DNA of 64,000 nt. Source: Cyanophyceae cyanobacterium (GTDB lineage: Bacteria > Cyanobacteriota > Cyanobacteriia > Cyanobacteriales > JBHJGN01). The stretch is from positions 42,400-106,399 of the forward strand of contig JBHJGN010000015.1 of the NCBI GenBank assembly GCA_050331735.1, in the 5' to 3' direction. Below are positions 63,861 through 64,000 of the stretch, in pieces. Position 1 is the stretch's first letter. Every line of letters starts with the position of its first letter. Below the pieces are notes generated by a model. It ran no database searches. It was not told the DNA's origin and saw only the letters and a program-made list of their open reading frames with translations. The position numbers and the translations under genes are program-made.

Positions 63861-64000
63861 CAGGAGTTACGCAGTTGGCGAGAGAGTTAACCAAGGAAAA
63901 GCCAAATAAGAACGCACTGCCTCGCGCACGATGCTAGTTTTAGCTTCGTACCAACTGATGCCGGTGTTGAACCAGTGATTCTCTAAACGTAAAAAGGCAC
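63861..64000 (-). mobile_element. IS701-family element end and transposase C-terminus (continues beyond the window)
   Basis: Minus strand reads AFLRLENHWFNTGISWYEAKTSIVREAVRSYLAFPWLTLSPTA*, the stop lying in the terminal sequence ACTGCGTAACTCCTG. Confidence 0.78.

Overview
Cyanobacterial chromosomal DNA: the HIP1 octamer GCGATCGC is frequent, and chlH and a four-ACT-domain aspartate kinase are present. Core genes (lysC, ribD, speD, nth, ilvD, comB-like, cbiET, chlH) are interspersed with accessory blocks. These are: a decayed IS200/IS605 element (tnpA with an internal stop, tnpB frameshifted); a NERD-like/SF1 helicase; an aldehyde/formaldehyde detoxification cluster with an HxlR-receiver fusion regulator; an orphan PKS KS-AT didomain with a degenerate AT; a sigma-like/DUF1822/CHAT-CHASE2/DUF928 operon facing an AT-rich RTX-type gene; and the start of a type I-D CRISPR-Cas locus (WYL, small wHTH ORF, cas10d) with cas10d interrupted by an IS701-like element at the window edge. 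The most striking non-genic signal is a dispersed modular repeat family made of ~13-nt mini-hairpins (covarying stems, GNA triloops) joined to GGGGAAA-type tracts; it appears to have rewritten the C-termini of several proteins. A separate ~130-150 bp MITE is present in three copies. All product calls rest on motif recognition from the translations, not on database searches.
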